Shown here piece after piece: positions 8,676 to 18,337 of a DNA stretch of 64,000 nucleotides. The position numbers and the translations under genes are program-made. The stretch's first letter is position 1. Each line of letters begins with the position of its first letter. This DNA comes from Deltaproteobacteria bacterium. GTDB taxonomy: Bacteria; Bacillota; Clostridia; Acetivibrionales; UBA4821. The DNA lies in NCBI GenBank assembly GCA_050258375.1, contig JBLMYQ010000068.1, forward strand, positions 27,913 through 91,912, written 5' to 3'. The notes beneath the pieces are model-generated. The model saw only the letters and a program-made list of their open reading frames with translations. It was not told where the DNA came from and searched no databases.

Positions 8676-9620
8676 TCACAAAGCTTTATGAAGAGAAAAT
8701 ATAAATCCTAAATACCCAAAATTTCTTAATACTCCATTTTTTGTAAATCTATACTTGATAATTGTTCTTATTCTTGCAAGTCGAGACTGCTCTAAAAGGG
8801 TTGAGAATCTCTGTGCCGTTTTTCGCTCGCTCTCTTCCATTAAGCTGCCATATACCTCCTCTAAGGCTTTTGACTGCTTAAAAATATTGTAAAACAAATT
8901 TGTCATTTTATTTTTATTTTCAAATTTCTTTATAAAATATTTTAGTGAATATTTCTTAGCTCCTATTTCATTCCTGCCATGCTGTCTATACAAAATCGTA
9001 GGCTGCTTTACATAGCCTATTTTTCCTAAAGCTGAAGCTACAAGCGCCAGCCACCAGTCATGTATGATTGCCTCTTTTGAAAAGGGCATAACTAATTCCT
9101 TTAGCTTTTTATTTATCAAAACCGTGCAGCCGGTTACATTATTCTCTACCAGCATATAATTCAGACTCTGTCGCTCAGGATTCAGCTTTTGATACCTCCA
9201 TATTGAATCTGAAGAAACTTTGAGATTTTGATCTGCAACCTTCAAATCCGTATGAACAAGAATGGGCTTATCAAAGTACGCTTTCTCCATCTCAAGCATT
9301 TTTGCCAATGTAATTTCAATCTTATTATCAAGCCAGACATCATCCTGATCACAAAACATCATATACTCCGCATCAGAAAGCTCTAAAAGTCTTGCAAAGC
9401 TGAAGCATGCGCCCAAATGCTTGTCCTGGTCATTGATAAAAACAATTTTTTCGGGATACCTTTTTGAATATTCTTGAATTATCTCTATGGTAGCATCTAA
9501 AGACCCATCATCCCTAATGAGAAGGCGCCAATCCTGAAAGGTTTGCCCCAGAAGTGAATCCAGCTGCTCTCTAATAAATTTTTCACCATTGTAGGTTGAA
9601 AGAAGTATATCAATTTTCAT
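8676..9620 (-). CDS. Glycosyltransferase family 2 (rhamnosyltransferase-like)
   Basis: 314 aa. MKIDILLSTYNGEKFIREQLDSLLGQTF...LIRDDGS...FCDQDDVW is the typical GT2 pattern found next to rml genes. Confidence 0.8.
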   Translation of the reverse strand: MKIDILLSTYNGEKFIREQLDSLLGQTFQDWRLLIRDDGSLDATIEIIQEYSKRYPEKIVFINDQDKHLGACFSFARLLELSDAEYMMFCDQDDVWLDNKIEITLAKMLEMEKAYFDKPILVHTDLKVADQNLKVSSDSIWRYQKLNPERQSLNYMLVENNVTGCTVLINKKLKELVMPFSKEAIIHDWWLALVASALGKIGYVKQPTILYRQHGRNEIGAKKYSLKYFIKKFENKNKMTNLFYNIFKQSKALEEVYGSLMEESERKTAQRFSTLLEQSRLARIRTIIKYRFTKNGVLRNFGYLGFIFSLHKAL

Positions 9621-9652
9621 TTTCTTTTCCTTTAAATAATTCTATATTAAAT

Positions 9653-9681
9653 TTATATGTCAAAAAGCTATAAACGTCAAT
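9653..9681 (-). promoter_or_regulatory. Candidate sigma-A-type promoter (TTGACG-17 nt-TATAAA)
   Basis: On the minus strand, -35 TTGACG (9676-9681), a 17-nt spacer and -10 TATAAA (9653-9658), in the 98-nt gap upstream of the GT2 gene. Confidence 0.35.
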
Positions 9682-9718
9682 AAAAAAAGCATTTATCAAT
9701 AATAAAAATTCATCAGCA

Positions 9719-11878
9719 TTAACGTATAACAATATAAGGATTCAATATAACCACCCGATCTGCATTAGCATTTTTATCTTCATCATTTGAATAGCTAAAT
9801 CTAATTTTAGCATTACCTTGCAGATAATTTTCTTCTATCAATAAATTCATAACCTGTAGATTTTCTTTAGGGTATATATATTTTTTAAATACTCTTTTAG
9901 CTTCAACTCCATTTTCAATCTCAATATTGAGCCAGCATCCATCACTATTCCAGTTAGCCGATACAGGATGGAAGCCAACTACAGCACTCAATGATTGCTG
10001 TCTCTTTTCCGGTTCCAAATTAACTTCTATGCATTCTGTTTCACTTTTTAAAACATAAAATGAATTTATCTCATCACTTTTTTTAATGTTTAAAAGATAT
10101 AGCTTCTCATTTTTAGGCAAAAAGGCAGGCTTAATGATTAACAGCTTTTTTATCCTATATCCAAAATTATTAAGCTCATTTATAGTTTCCTCAAACTGAT
10201 CATATGAAGAAATGGTATAAATTTCTTTGTTCTTTATATTAGAATTTAAGAATGCATCAAAATCTTTTCCAATTCTTTCTTTATTGATAAGTCCATAGCT
10301 AATATCAAACATAGGTATATCATTCTTTAACATAGCTGCATATGCACAATTATGGTTTACAATTCCCCATGCATTAACATCCTTTAGCAAAGCATCTGTC
10401 TCTAATTCTTGCTTATCTTTTCCTATCATTAATAAATTTTGAGTTATCGAATTATAATTATTAGTCTCTGCTCTCCATGACCAATCAGTATTTCTAATTA
10501 TTATAAAATAATAGGCAAGAGAAATCTGCAATAAGAACAATATTGATATAACACACCCTGCCATTTTAAGCAAATTGTTTTTTTTATTAATTGTATTTGC
10601 AATTAGGATTGATAAAATAATTCCTGCCATTATTTCTTGAAATAAAGCATATCTTATATATCCCGTTGTAATTTCCCATGCAAAAATAGAAGAAATAAAA
10701 GCTATCAAAAGCAGTACAAAGCATTTATCTTTAAATTTCTTATTAAAAATTATAAATATAAAAGCAGCCGAAACAGAAAGTACAAAACACAAGCTTAGTC
10801 TTCCAGAATATGCAGATATCTCACTGAATTTATCAGGCTTGAAAAATACATATACACACCAGGTTAGGTACTCATACAAATTCTTTGGTCCCCATCTTAA
10901 ATCCTTAAAATTTTCCAATAAATAAAATGGAGATTTAAAAAATTCATTATAATAAGGAAAAACAGGATTTCCGGTACTCATATAGTTATAAATCAAATAT
11001 ATGCTTGAAGGAGCACTTATAATAAACAAGCACACAAGAACCACATTGGCATTTAATATTTTTTTATTTTTAATCAGATAAGTTAAATATATTATCAGCA
11101 GGATTGCTCCTATAGTTATACTTGTAAGCTTTAGCGCAATCGTAAAACCAAATAATAATGAAAAATAACAAAGATATTTTTTATTATAGCTATCAACAAA
11201 AAGAATAATTCTCAATAGTTCCAGCAAAAACGGAATAAATAACAAGTCAGTCATGTACGTTGATAAATTCATAAGTATATATTCAGTTGATATAACAGCA
11301 AAAGGAAGAAGGCTTGTTAAATACCTGCTAATATTAATTTTATTAAAAGCTGCATAATTTTTAATAATGCTCTGGATTTGCAGATATATGAGTACCAATA
11401 CCAAGGTATTAAGAACAGTGCCCGCCCTGTATCCTAAAATCATTCTAAAAACATAGAACATTCTATCTCCAAGAGGCAGCGCAAAAGTACCCGCACCACC
11501 CGGCAAAAAATTATCGCTAATACTATCGGAAAAATTATATTGCTGCACAAATATATGATAGTTAAGTGTATCAAAGGTTTTATCAGGCAAAGCAATTCTA
11601 AGGCAGGTTAAAACAATAATGACAGCTAAAACTGAAATGTCAAAATAGTTTAATTTAATATTTGTAATAATAAAAAATCTTCTAGCTGAAAAAATTATAA
11701 TTATCAAAAAAATTACAGGAAGCATAACTTCATTAATTACTATTGATTTAAAAGCATAATTAATAAAGCTTCCAACATCATTTAAAAAAACAAGAATTGT
11801 AAATACTAAATAAATAAAAAAATATAAATCAATATTAATTCTATTTTTCAACTCTGAATTTATTTTCAAACCAATCAA
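9719..11878 (-). CDS. Large polytopic membrane protein (about 14 predicted TM segments plus a ~250-aa C-terminal soluble domain); candidate GT-C glycosyltransferase, ligase or oligosaccharyltransferase
   Basis: 719 aa. Long hydrophobic runs through about aa 470, then a hydrophilic C-terminal domain. TTG start with GAAGGGA SD. Function inferred only from topology and context. Confidence 0.5.
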   Translation of the reverse strand: MIGLKINSELKNRINIDLYFFIYLVFTILVFLNDVGSFINYAFKSIVINEVMLPVIFLIIIIFSARRFFIITNIKLNYFDISVLAVIIVLTCLRIALPDKTFDTLNYHIFVQQYNFSDSISDNFLPGGAGTFALPLGDRMFYVFRMILGYRAGTVLNTLVLVLIYLQIQSIIKNYAAFNKINISRYLTSLLPFAVISTEYILMNLSTYMTDLLFIPFLLELLRIILFVDSYNKKYLCYFSLLFGFTIALKLTSITIGAILLIIYLTYLIKNKKILNANVVLVCLFIISAPSSIYLIYNYMSTGNPVFPYYNEFFKSPFYLLENFKDLRWGPKNLYEYLTWCVYVFFKPDKFSEISAYSGRLSLCFVLSVSAAFIFIIFNKKFKDKCFVLLLIAFISSIFAWEITTGYIRYALFQEIMAGIILSILIANTINKKNNLLKMAGCVISILFLLQISLAYYFIIIRNTDWSWRAETNNYNSITQNLLMIGKDKQELETDALLKDVNAWGIVNHNCAYAAMLKNDIPMFDISYGLINKERIGKDFDAFLNSNIKNKEIYTISSYDQFEETINELNNFGYRIKKLLIIKPAFLPKNEKLYLLNIKKSDEINSFYVLKSETECIEVNLEPEKRQQSLSAVVGFHPVSANWNSDGCWLNIEIENGVEAKRVFKKYIYPKENLQVMNLLIEENYLQGNAKIRFSYSNDEDKNANADRVVILNPYIVIR

Positions 11879-11937
11879 AATATCCCTTCATTTCTTACTT
11901 CTAAAAGAATGTTATTCCTTCTATATAACTTTTGTGA

Positions 11938-12471
11938 TTAATAATCATTTAATATTTGCGTTAAATTGCTGATAATCCTTGAGGCTCTAGAGCTTTCAAT
12001 ATGACTTGACCCTGACAAAAGAATATTTTCTTTTACCCCTGCATTAATACCGGCTTGAATATCGCTTTCTCTATCTCCAATAGAAATGGACTTTAATAAA
12101 TCAATATCAAAATCTTTTTGCGCCTCAAGAAACATGCCTGCTTTTGGTTTTCTGCATTCACAGCTTGCTTTATATCTTCCCAATCCAAACTCAGGATGAT
12201 GTGGGCAATAATAGACTTTACTAATATGGATACCACGGCTTTCAAACTGCTTTAGCATCCAGCTGCTAAGCTTGTGAAAATCTTCTTCGGTATAATAGCC
12301 TCTGCCTATTCCAGCCTGATTGGTAATTATTACCAGCAGATATTCTCGCTGCTGATAGTACTTAAGCACTTTAAAAATACCTTCAGCAAACTCAAAGTCC
12401 TCAATCTTGTGAACATAATTTTTTTCTTTATTTATTACTCCGTCCCTATCCAGGAAAACTGCTTTATTCAT
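11938..12471 (-). CDS. gmhB: D-glycero-D-manno-heptose 1,7-bisphosphate phosphatase (HAD-IIIA)
   Basis: 177 aa. [19 protein letters not shown], Zn-site C..H..C.CRKP, GDRESD. Confidence 0.85.
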   Translation of the reverse strand: MNKAVFLDRDGVINKEKNYVHKIEDFEFAEGIFKVLKYYQQREYLLVIITNQAGIGRGYYTEEDFHKLSSWMLKQFESRGIHISKVYYCPHHPEFGLGRYKASCECRKPKAGMFLEAQKDFDIDLLKSISIGDRESDIQAGINAGVKENILLSGSSHIESSRASRIISNLTQILNDY

Positions 12472-13160
12472 ATGTGCCTCCCCAACTCCCTTTTTGCTTT
12501 TTCATAATCCTCCGGAATACCAATGTCTATAAAATATGTATTAGAAATATATGAGCCGAACTTTAATCGTTGCAGCTGATTTGGGAAAAAATCATTTTCA
12601 ATTGAAAATTTATCAGGCAAATCTAAATCATTGAATAAACAGGGGTTGGTTATATAAATCCCACCATTTATATAACCATATTTTTTATATTTCTTTTCAT
12701 TAAAATTAATAATTCTTTCACCAACCACTTCAACTGAGCCATATCTGTCAAAGTTCTTCATTGGTTTCAGAGCCAAACTAAAATCAGCCTGCATTTTTGA
12801 ATGCTGCTCAACAAAGCTCCTTATATCAATATTAAAAAAAGTATCACCATTGAGAATAATAACATCCTTCTCTTCAACATTTAGAACAGCCTTTTTTATA
12901 GCCCCTCCGGTTCCCAAAGGTTCATCTTCAATTGAATAAATAATTGAAATATCCTTATAATTTTTTTCAAAATATTCTTCTATTATTTCATGCTTATATC
13001 CGGCAGATAATATTACACGTCGTACTCCTTGCCTCCATAAATACTCAAATATATACCATAAAAATGGCTTTCCATTAATAGGTGCCATAGGCTTGGGAAT
13101 ATCTTGCACAATTTTCTTTAGCCTTGTTCCTAATCCGCCTGCCAATACAATTACTTCCAT
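12468..13160 (-). CDS. hddC: D-glycero-alpha-D-manno-heptose 1-phosphate guanylyltransferase (sugar nucleotidyltransferase)
   Basis: [33 protein letters not shown] signature. Start set at the ATG at 13160 (AAGGGA SD, 1 nt after the gmhA stop). ATGA overlap with gmhB. Confidence 0.8.
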   Translation of the reverse strand: MEVIVLAGGLGTRLKKIVQDIPKPMAPINGKPFLWYIFEYLWRQGVRRVILSAGYKHEIIEEYFEKNYKDISIIYSIEDEPLGTGGAIKKAVLNVEEKDVIILNGDTFFNIDIRSFVEQHSKMQADFSLALKPMKNFDRYGSVEVVGERIINFNEKKYKKYGYINGGIYITNPCLFNDLDLPDKFSIENDFFPNQLQRLKFGSYISNTYFIDIGIPEDYEKAKRELGRHI

Positions 13161-13161
13161 T

Positions 13162-13746
13162 TTAGAATCCCTTACCAAATATTGCTTTTTCAATAACCGA
13201 ACATATTATATGACCTATAAGAATATGCGTTTCTTGAATTCTTGGTGTTTCCTCCGACTGGACCCTTATACAATAATCACACAGTTCCAGCATATTTCCC
13301 CCCGAGCTTCCTGTTAATCCTACCGTAACAATTTTTTTCTTTTTACATTCTTCCAAAGCCTTTATAATATTAGGCGAATTTCCGGAAGTAGAAATTCCTA
13401 TAAACATATCGCCTTCTATACCATACGCCTGAATTTGCCTTGCAAATATATTTTCATATCCATAGTCATTTCCAATAGCTGTCAGTATTGATGTGTTTGT
13501 TGTAAGCGCAATAGCCGGAAGGCCTTCCCTGTCGAAGTAGAATTTGTTTACAATTTCAGCAGCCATATGCTGGGCATCTCCAGCACTTCCTCCGTTCCCT
13601 GCAAGCAATATTTTTTTTCCGCTTTTATATACATTTACTGCTTCTTCACATATACTTTCTATCAATTTGCTAAAGGATTCATCCTTATGAATTATTTGTT
13701 TTATGTTTAAAGCCTCTTTAATCTGATAATTAATATAATCAAACAT
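13162..13746 (-). CDS. gmhA: Phosphoheptose isomerase (SIS domain)
   Basis: 194 aa. [31 protein letters not shown] motifs. Confidence 0.9.
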   Translation of the reverse strand: MFDYINYQIKEALNIKQIIHKDESFSKLIESICEEAVNVYKSGKKILLAGNGGSAGDAQHMAAEIVNKFYFDREGLPAIALTTNTSILTAIGNDYGYENIFARQIQAYGIEGDMFIGISTSGNSPNIIKALEECKKKKIVTVGLTGSSGGNMLELCDYCIRVQSEETPRIQETHILIGHIICSVIEKAIFGKGF

Positions 13747-14773
13747 ATCTTGCCCTCCAACTTTGTGCCCCTTGCTTGGTAAAATGAAAGTTCACAACCT
13801 TTCCGCCCAGCTCATTTAATGCGTTTACTAATTCTAATTTTCTTACTGGCTCAACCATAAACATCATAAACCCTCCGCCGCCAGCACCCGAAACTTTTCC
13901 GGCATATGCGCCATTCTCCATAGCTATTTTAAAAACATTTTCTAAATTTTCATTGGTAATAGAAGCAGCCATTTTCTTTTTTGCTTCCCATGATTTCCCG
14001 AGATAACGAGAAAATTTGGAGATTTCTCCTTTTAGAATTGCTTCTTTCATAATTAAAGCATCTGCTTTTAATTCATGCATTGCTTCGATAGATTTTATAT
14101 TTTTCTCTTTAACATTGTTAGCTTGTTCCTCGATGATTTTTGCAGATTCTCTGGATACACCTGTATAGTACAATACCATTGCACTTTCCAGCTCGCTTAT
14201 AATCCATTCCTTAATTCTAAGCGGATTTACAACCACCCTGTCATTTTCATAAAATTCAATAAAATTAAAACCCCCAAAGGAAGCAGCATATTGATCCTGC
14301 TTCCCACCACTTAGCTTAACATCAATTCTTTCTATCTCATAAGCCAAATGGGCTATGTCATATTCTCCCAAAGGAAGATTCAATGCCTCCGTAAATGCCT
14401 TCAGTATTGCAACAACCATTGTAGAAGAAGAACCAAGCCCCGAGCCTGCAGGTGCATCAGAATATGTAGTAAGGTTAAGATATAAAGGCTTAGAATTATT
14501 AAATTGTTTTACTATTCTGTTATAAATCCCTTTATGCAGATTAAGAATTCCATCCAATTCAAAGAAAGCCTTACTTTCACTTTCAAAATATTCTTTTCTA
14601 TCAACAGCATTCAAAGAAACAATTCCAGTATCAGTAAGCTCTATAGTGCAATATGCATACATATCTATTGCTGCGTTAAGCACACATCCCCCAAAATCAT
14701 CACTATATGGGGAAACATCAGTCCCCCCTCCTGCCAAGCCTAATCTTAATGGAGCTCTAGCTCTAACAATCAA
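13739..14773 (-). CDS. hddA: D-glycero-alpha-D-manno-heptose 7-phosphate kinase (GHMP kinase)
   Basis: [15 protein letters not shown]-terminus, GHMP motif [11 protein letters not shown]-terminal GAGGGGF. I prefer the TTG at 14773 (GGGTGA SD 5 nt upstream) over the GTG at 14782. Confidence 0.8.
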   Translation of the reverse strand: MIVRARAPLRLGLAGGGTDVSPYSDDFGGCVLNAAIDMYAYCTIELTDTGIVSLNAVDRKEYFESESKAFFELDGILNLHKGIYNRIVKQFNNSKPLYLNLTTYSDAPAGSGLGSSSTMVVAILKAFTEALNLPLGEYDIAHLAYEIERIDVKLSGGKQDQYAASFGGFNFIEFYENDRVVVNPLRIKEWIISELESAMVLYYTGVSRESAKIIEEQANNVKEKNIKSIEAMHELKADALIMKEAILKGEISKFSRYLGKSWEAKKKMAASITNENLENVFKIAMENGAYAGKVSGAGGGGFMMFMVEPVRKLELVNALNELGGKVVNFHFTKQGAQSWRARYV

Positions 14774-14788
14774 TAAAATCACCCATTT

Positions 14789-17700
14789 CTAAGGTTTCAT
14801 ATCATTAATAATTACTTTCTTAACATATTCCTTTGAAAAGTTTTTTTGAATATAATCCAAGCATTTTAAAGAGAGCTCTTCAAGCAAACTAATATCATCA
14901 TATAGATTTATTACACTCTTAGCAAATCCGCAACTGCTATCTTCAATCATAAGTATCTCCTCAATATCCTGCAAACCTTCCGCACCTATCGCAGTAGTAA
15001 CAACAGGAACCTGATAATATATAGCCTCAACAATCTTCCCCTTAATACCTGCGCCATATCTTAAAGGAGCAATAACCAATCTGCATTTATCATAATATTC
15101 TTCAAGCTCTTCATCTGTAACATATCCCGTTACAATGACATTGTCAGATTTCAACTTTAGAATTTCCTGCGTAGGATTTGAACCAACAAAAAACACCTTT
15201 ATATCAGGAATATTTCTTGTAATATACGGAAATATATCTTTGATAAACCAAAGGGCAGCATCTATATTAGGTCTATGAGAAAATCCTCCTACAAATAGCA
15301 AATTGCGTTTTTGGTCAAATTGCATTTTTCTTTCGTATATATTCTCGAAAATATAGGCAGGAATTGCCTTTGCACATATATCCGGGAAAAGATTCTTGAT
15401 GTGATTAATTTCAACTTGAGATGGATAATAAATGATATCAGCTTTTTTTATTAGCTCATACTCAATTTTTTCCCACTTTTGAAAAGAGCGTAAAAGCCAT
15501 TCATCTTTTGACAACTCATACTCTCGTTTTTCTCTTAAAGAATGCAAATCGTGTCCATAATAAATGATTTTTGCCCTTAAATGTTTTTTTATAATATCTA
15601 TATATTTTATAGAAATATGTGGTCTATTTAGATATACATAATCAATTTTATCTGCGTTCTCTTTTATCCACTTTTCATAATTATCCCTGTACCATTCTCC
15701 ATAAAGCACTTCCACCCCCAAGCTCTGAAGTGTGCCAGTATATGGTTCATGATTACAAAAATTATCCCCAATGAATTTTACATTGAAGCCCATCTCCACG
15801 AACAGCTTTATATACTGGAAGGTGGTACGGCTTCCTGCATCTTTGTCATAATGAGGGACGTAGTGGTCAATAACCAAAACCGTTTTTTTATTCCGGCTTC
15901 TATCCCGTGCCCAAAATACATTTTCCCCATTTCCGAAATGTTCTTGTTCTAATATACCCTTCCACTTTTTAATAAATTTTTCTCTGTTCTTTTTTTGGTA
16001 AGCTTTAAGACCTTGGCTGGTATCTGTCCCATGTGATATTCCCTCAAAGTGTACTACAACTGATTTTGGTTGGTATATCACCTGGTATCCCTTTTTTCTC
16101 ACTTCAAAAGCTAAATCCGAATCATCATAATAGGCAGGAACATATCTCTCATCAAAGCCTCCTATTTCATCCCACAAGCTTTTCTTTATCAAAATGCTTG
16201 CTCCAGATATGTAATCTACTTCTTTAACGTAGCAATATTCAGGCTTTTGCGGATTTTCCATCCTTCCATAATTCCATCCCGAACCGTCTCTCCATATTAT
16301 TCCCCCGGCCTCCTGAAGCTTTCCATCAGGATATACAAGCTTAGAGCCAACCATACCTATTCTTTCATTGTTTTCTGTTAATTCAACAAGATGCTTTAAC
16401 CAATCCTTTTGAACATTGGTATCATTGTTTAATAATAATATGTATTTGCCTCTTGCTTTCACTGCCGCATTATTGCAATTCAGTATAAAGCCTTTATTTT
16501 CGCTGTTTCTTATTACAATAATATTTTCTACATAATCCGTAATATTTACTGTTTCATCAATTGATACATCATCTGCTATTAGTATTTCATATGCAATATC
16601 CTGCGTATTTTCAAAAATTGATCTGAGACATGAATATGTATATTCCCACTGATTGTAAACAGGAATAATTATTGATACCAGTGGATTTTCTTCTTTATTA
16701 AAAACCAATAGCTCTTTTTTCTTATCAGCCTTTTTAAATATTTGAATTTGAAGCTTTTTATTTAAAAAGGTTGTTGAATGATATTTTTCCAGTTTTCCTG
16801 CAAGACTTTCTTTTCTTTTTATATACCCTAAAAATTTTTTTATATTATCTGTATTAATACTTTTAAAGAATTTAATTGGATGTTTGACAGCTCCAAAAAA
16901 TATCTTAATAATTAATATGCGTGTACTATTAGGAGGCAACATGATAGTCTTTGCCCTATAATACCTTTTTACCATACCCCATGCTCTTGAATTCAAAATA
17001 ATATCAAGCTGCTTTTCTTTATTCATTAATTCCTGAATTTTTGCATTTTCTTCCTTTATATGTCTCTGGCTGCACTTTAGCTCCTCCGTAAGCTGTATAG
17101 CTACGTTTTTCTTTTCATCTATTACTCTTTCATACTGCTGAATTTTATCTGCTTTTTCATTTATTAATATTTCCTTTTCTTTTATGATTATTTCCTTTTC
17201 CTCAATCTCGTTGTCTTTTTCATATACCTTCTTTTCTATTTCTTCTGCCATTTCTATCTTTTCTTCTATAATCTTTTCTTTCTGCTCTATTACTAATTCA
17301 TTTTGCTCTATCTGCTCATACAACCCAATAGTTATGCGCTCAAGCTGCTTTAACCTAACAGCTTGTTCCTCAATCCTCTTACTTTTTAAGCTTAAATCAT
17401 TTTCAAGATTCGATACGGTTTCTGATAATTTCAAATAATCTTCTTTAATAACACAGATTTTTTTCTTGCCAAATACATATTCCTGAAAACTGCTTTCAAA
17501 GCCTTCGAAGACTTTAATCATTTCATCAGAAATTCCCGCATTTTCATAAATTTCCTTAATACTAATAAAATCTTTAAAATAATTTATATATTTTGCTGAA
17601 AAAATGTTTATGCTTCTAAATATAATAAAATCAAGTGGAATAGGGAAATCAAAAACCCATTCATAATCAATTATCCAATACCTATTTTTATTATCAATAA

Positions 17701-18166
17701 TAATATTATCAAATATCAAATCAATGTTAGCAGGTTCAATGCATAGAACATCCTCAAGCTCCAGTTCAGAACCAAATATTTCACAAAATCTTTTACAGGC
17801 TTTGAAGCTTTTTATCCTCTTCGCTCCCAGCCCTTTTACAAAATCCAGATATTTATTAAGCAGATTTAAAAACCCTATTTTATCTTTGACTATTACTGCT
17901 TCAGCCATTAATGCATCAAATGCTTTTCCTTGTATGTAATCAAAGATTATGTCATCATCCTTTAAGGTGGCAGGAGCGACTTGCACATTTTTGTAATTAT
18001 TCATAAGCAAGCTGTAGTTCAGATTCATTGACTTGATATGAGATACCGCTTCTGGCGTAAGTGCCTTCTTTTTTGCATAAAGCCTTTTATCTTCCTTAAA
18101 TATTGTGGTCTCTATTTGAAATTCAGGCAATCTTTCTCTATTATACTTTGAATATATTACTTCCAT
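14789..18166 (-). CDS. 1125-aa multidomain protein: kinase-like fold (aa 1-240), coiled coil (aa 245-390), GT2 (aa 495-715), GT4-like GT-B (aa 760-1125)
   Basis: Kinase-like catalytic-loop pattern NIDLIFDNIIID and IIDYEW (aa 147-170). About 145 aa of E/K/I/Q-rich heptad sequence. GT2 motifs VSIIIPVYN, ADDVSIDET, LLLNNDT, YYDDSDLAFE. GT-B C-terminus VGGFSHRPN...GAGIKGKIVEAIYYQVPVVTT. GGGGAGAG SD. Confidence 0.8.
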   Translation of the reverse strand: MEVIYSKYNRERLPEFQIETTIFKEDKRLYAKKKALTPEAVSHIKSMNLNYSLLMNNYKNVQVAPATLKDDDIIFDYIQGKAFDALMAEAVIVKDKIGFLNLLNKYLDFVKGLGAKRIKSFKACKRFCEIFGSELELEDVLCIEPANIDLIFDNIIIDNKNRYWIIDYEWVFDFPIPLDFIIFRSINIFSAKYINYFKDFISIKEIYENAGISDEMIKVFEGFESSFQEYVFGKKKICVIKEDYLKLSETVSNLENDLSLKSKRIEEQAVRLKQLERITIGLYEQIEQNELVIEQKEKIIEEKIEMAEEIEKKVYEKDNEIEEKEIIIKEKEILINEKADKIQQYERVIDEKKNVAIQLTEELKCSQRHIKEENAKIQELMNKEKQLDIILNSRAWGMVKRYYRAKTIMLPPNSTRILIIKIFFGAVKHPIKFFKSINTDNIKKFLGYIKRKESLAGKLEKYHSTTFLNKKLQIQIFKKADKKKELLVFNKEENPLVSIIIPVYNQWEYTYSCLRSIFENTQDIAYEILIADDVSIDETVNITDYVENIIVIRNSENKGFILNCNNAAVKARGKYILLLNNDTNVQKDWLKHLVELTENNERIGMVGSKLVYPDGKLQEAGGIIWRDGSGWNYGRMENPQKPEYCYVKEVDYISGASILIKKSLWDEIGGFDERYVPAYYDDSDLAFEVRKKGYQVIYQPKSVVVHFEGISHGTDTSQGLKAYQKKNREKFIKKWKGILEQEHFGNGENVFWARDRSRNKKTVLVIDHYVPHYDKDAGSRTTFQYIKLFVEMGFNVKFIGDNFCNHEPYTGTLQSLGVEVLYGEWYRDNYEKWIKENADKIDYVYLNRPHISIKYIDIIKKHLRAKIIYYGHDLHSLREKREYELSKDEWLLRSFQKWEKIEYELIKKADIIYYPSQVEINHIKNLFPDICAKAIPAYIFENIYERKMQFDQKRNLLFVGGFSHRPNIDAALWFIKDIFPYITRNIPDIKVFFVGSNPTQEILKLKSDNVIVTGYVTDEELEEYYDKCRLVIAPLRYGAGIKGKIVEAIYYQVPVVTTAIGAEGLQDIEEILMIEDSSCGFAKSVINLYDDISLLEELSLKCLDYIQKNFSKEYVKKVIINDMKP

Positions 18167-18286
18167 TAGCTCTCCCCGCTTCCCATCCTGACAATATAAT
18201 CACAATTTTTATATGACCAGGTATGATATATTCAGAACATTTTATGCATGCTCCTGCTTCTTAGTTACTAATGGAAAGTAGGTTAG

Positions 18287-18318
18287 AAAAATTAAAACCC
18301 CCGGAGCAAATCCAAGGG
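18287..18318 (-). terminator. Strand-specific rho-independent terminator after asnB-like gene 1
   Basis: Minus-strand RNA CCCUUGGA-UUUGC-UCCGGGGG (8 bp including 2 G.U) followed by UUUUAAUUUUU, 20 nt after the stop at 18338. On the plus strand the wobble positions become C.A mismatches. Confidence 0.55.
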
Positions 18319-18337
18319 TAATTAGAACAAAAATTTA

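Noticed and set aside
8554-8679. N-terminal 42-codon extension of the rfbA ORF, plus similar upstream extensions of ORFs at 4421, 6221, 13193, 20638, 23356, 36474, 39147, 44748, 53724, 57667 and 59727.
   Set aside because: In each case an internal start with a well-spaced GGAGG-like SD gives the conserved family N-terminus. The extension either contains the SD itself or overlaps the upstream gene.
16997-17434. Repetitive GAA/AAA/ATT-rich DNA that looked like a tandem repeat or low-complexity insertion in the 1125-aa gene.
   Set aside because: No fixed-period nucleotide repeat is present. The bias reflects E/K/I-rich heptad (coiled-coil) coding sequence within one continuous ORF.
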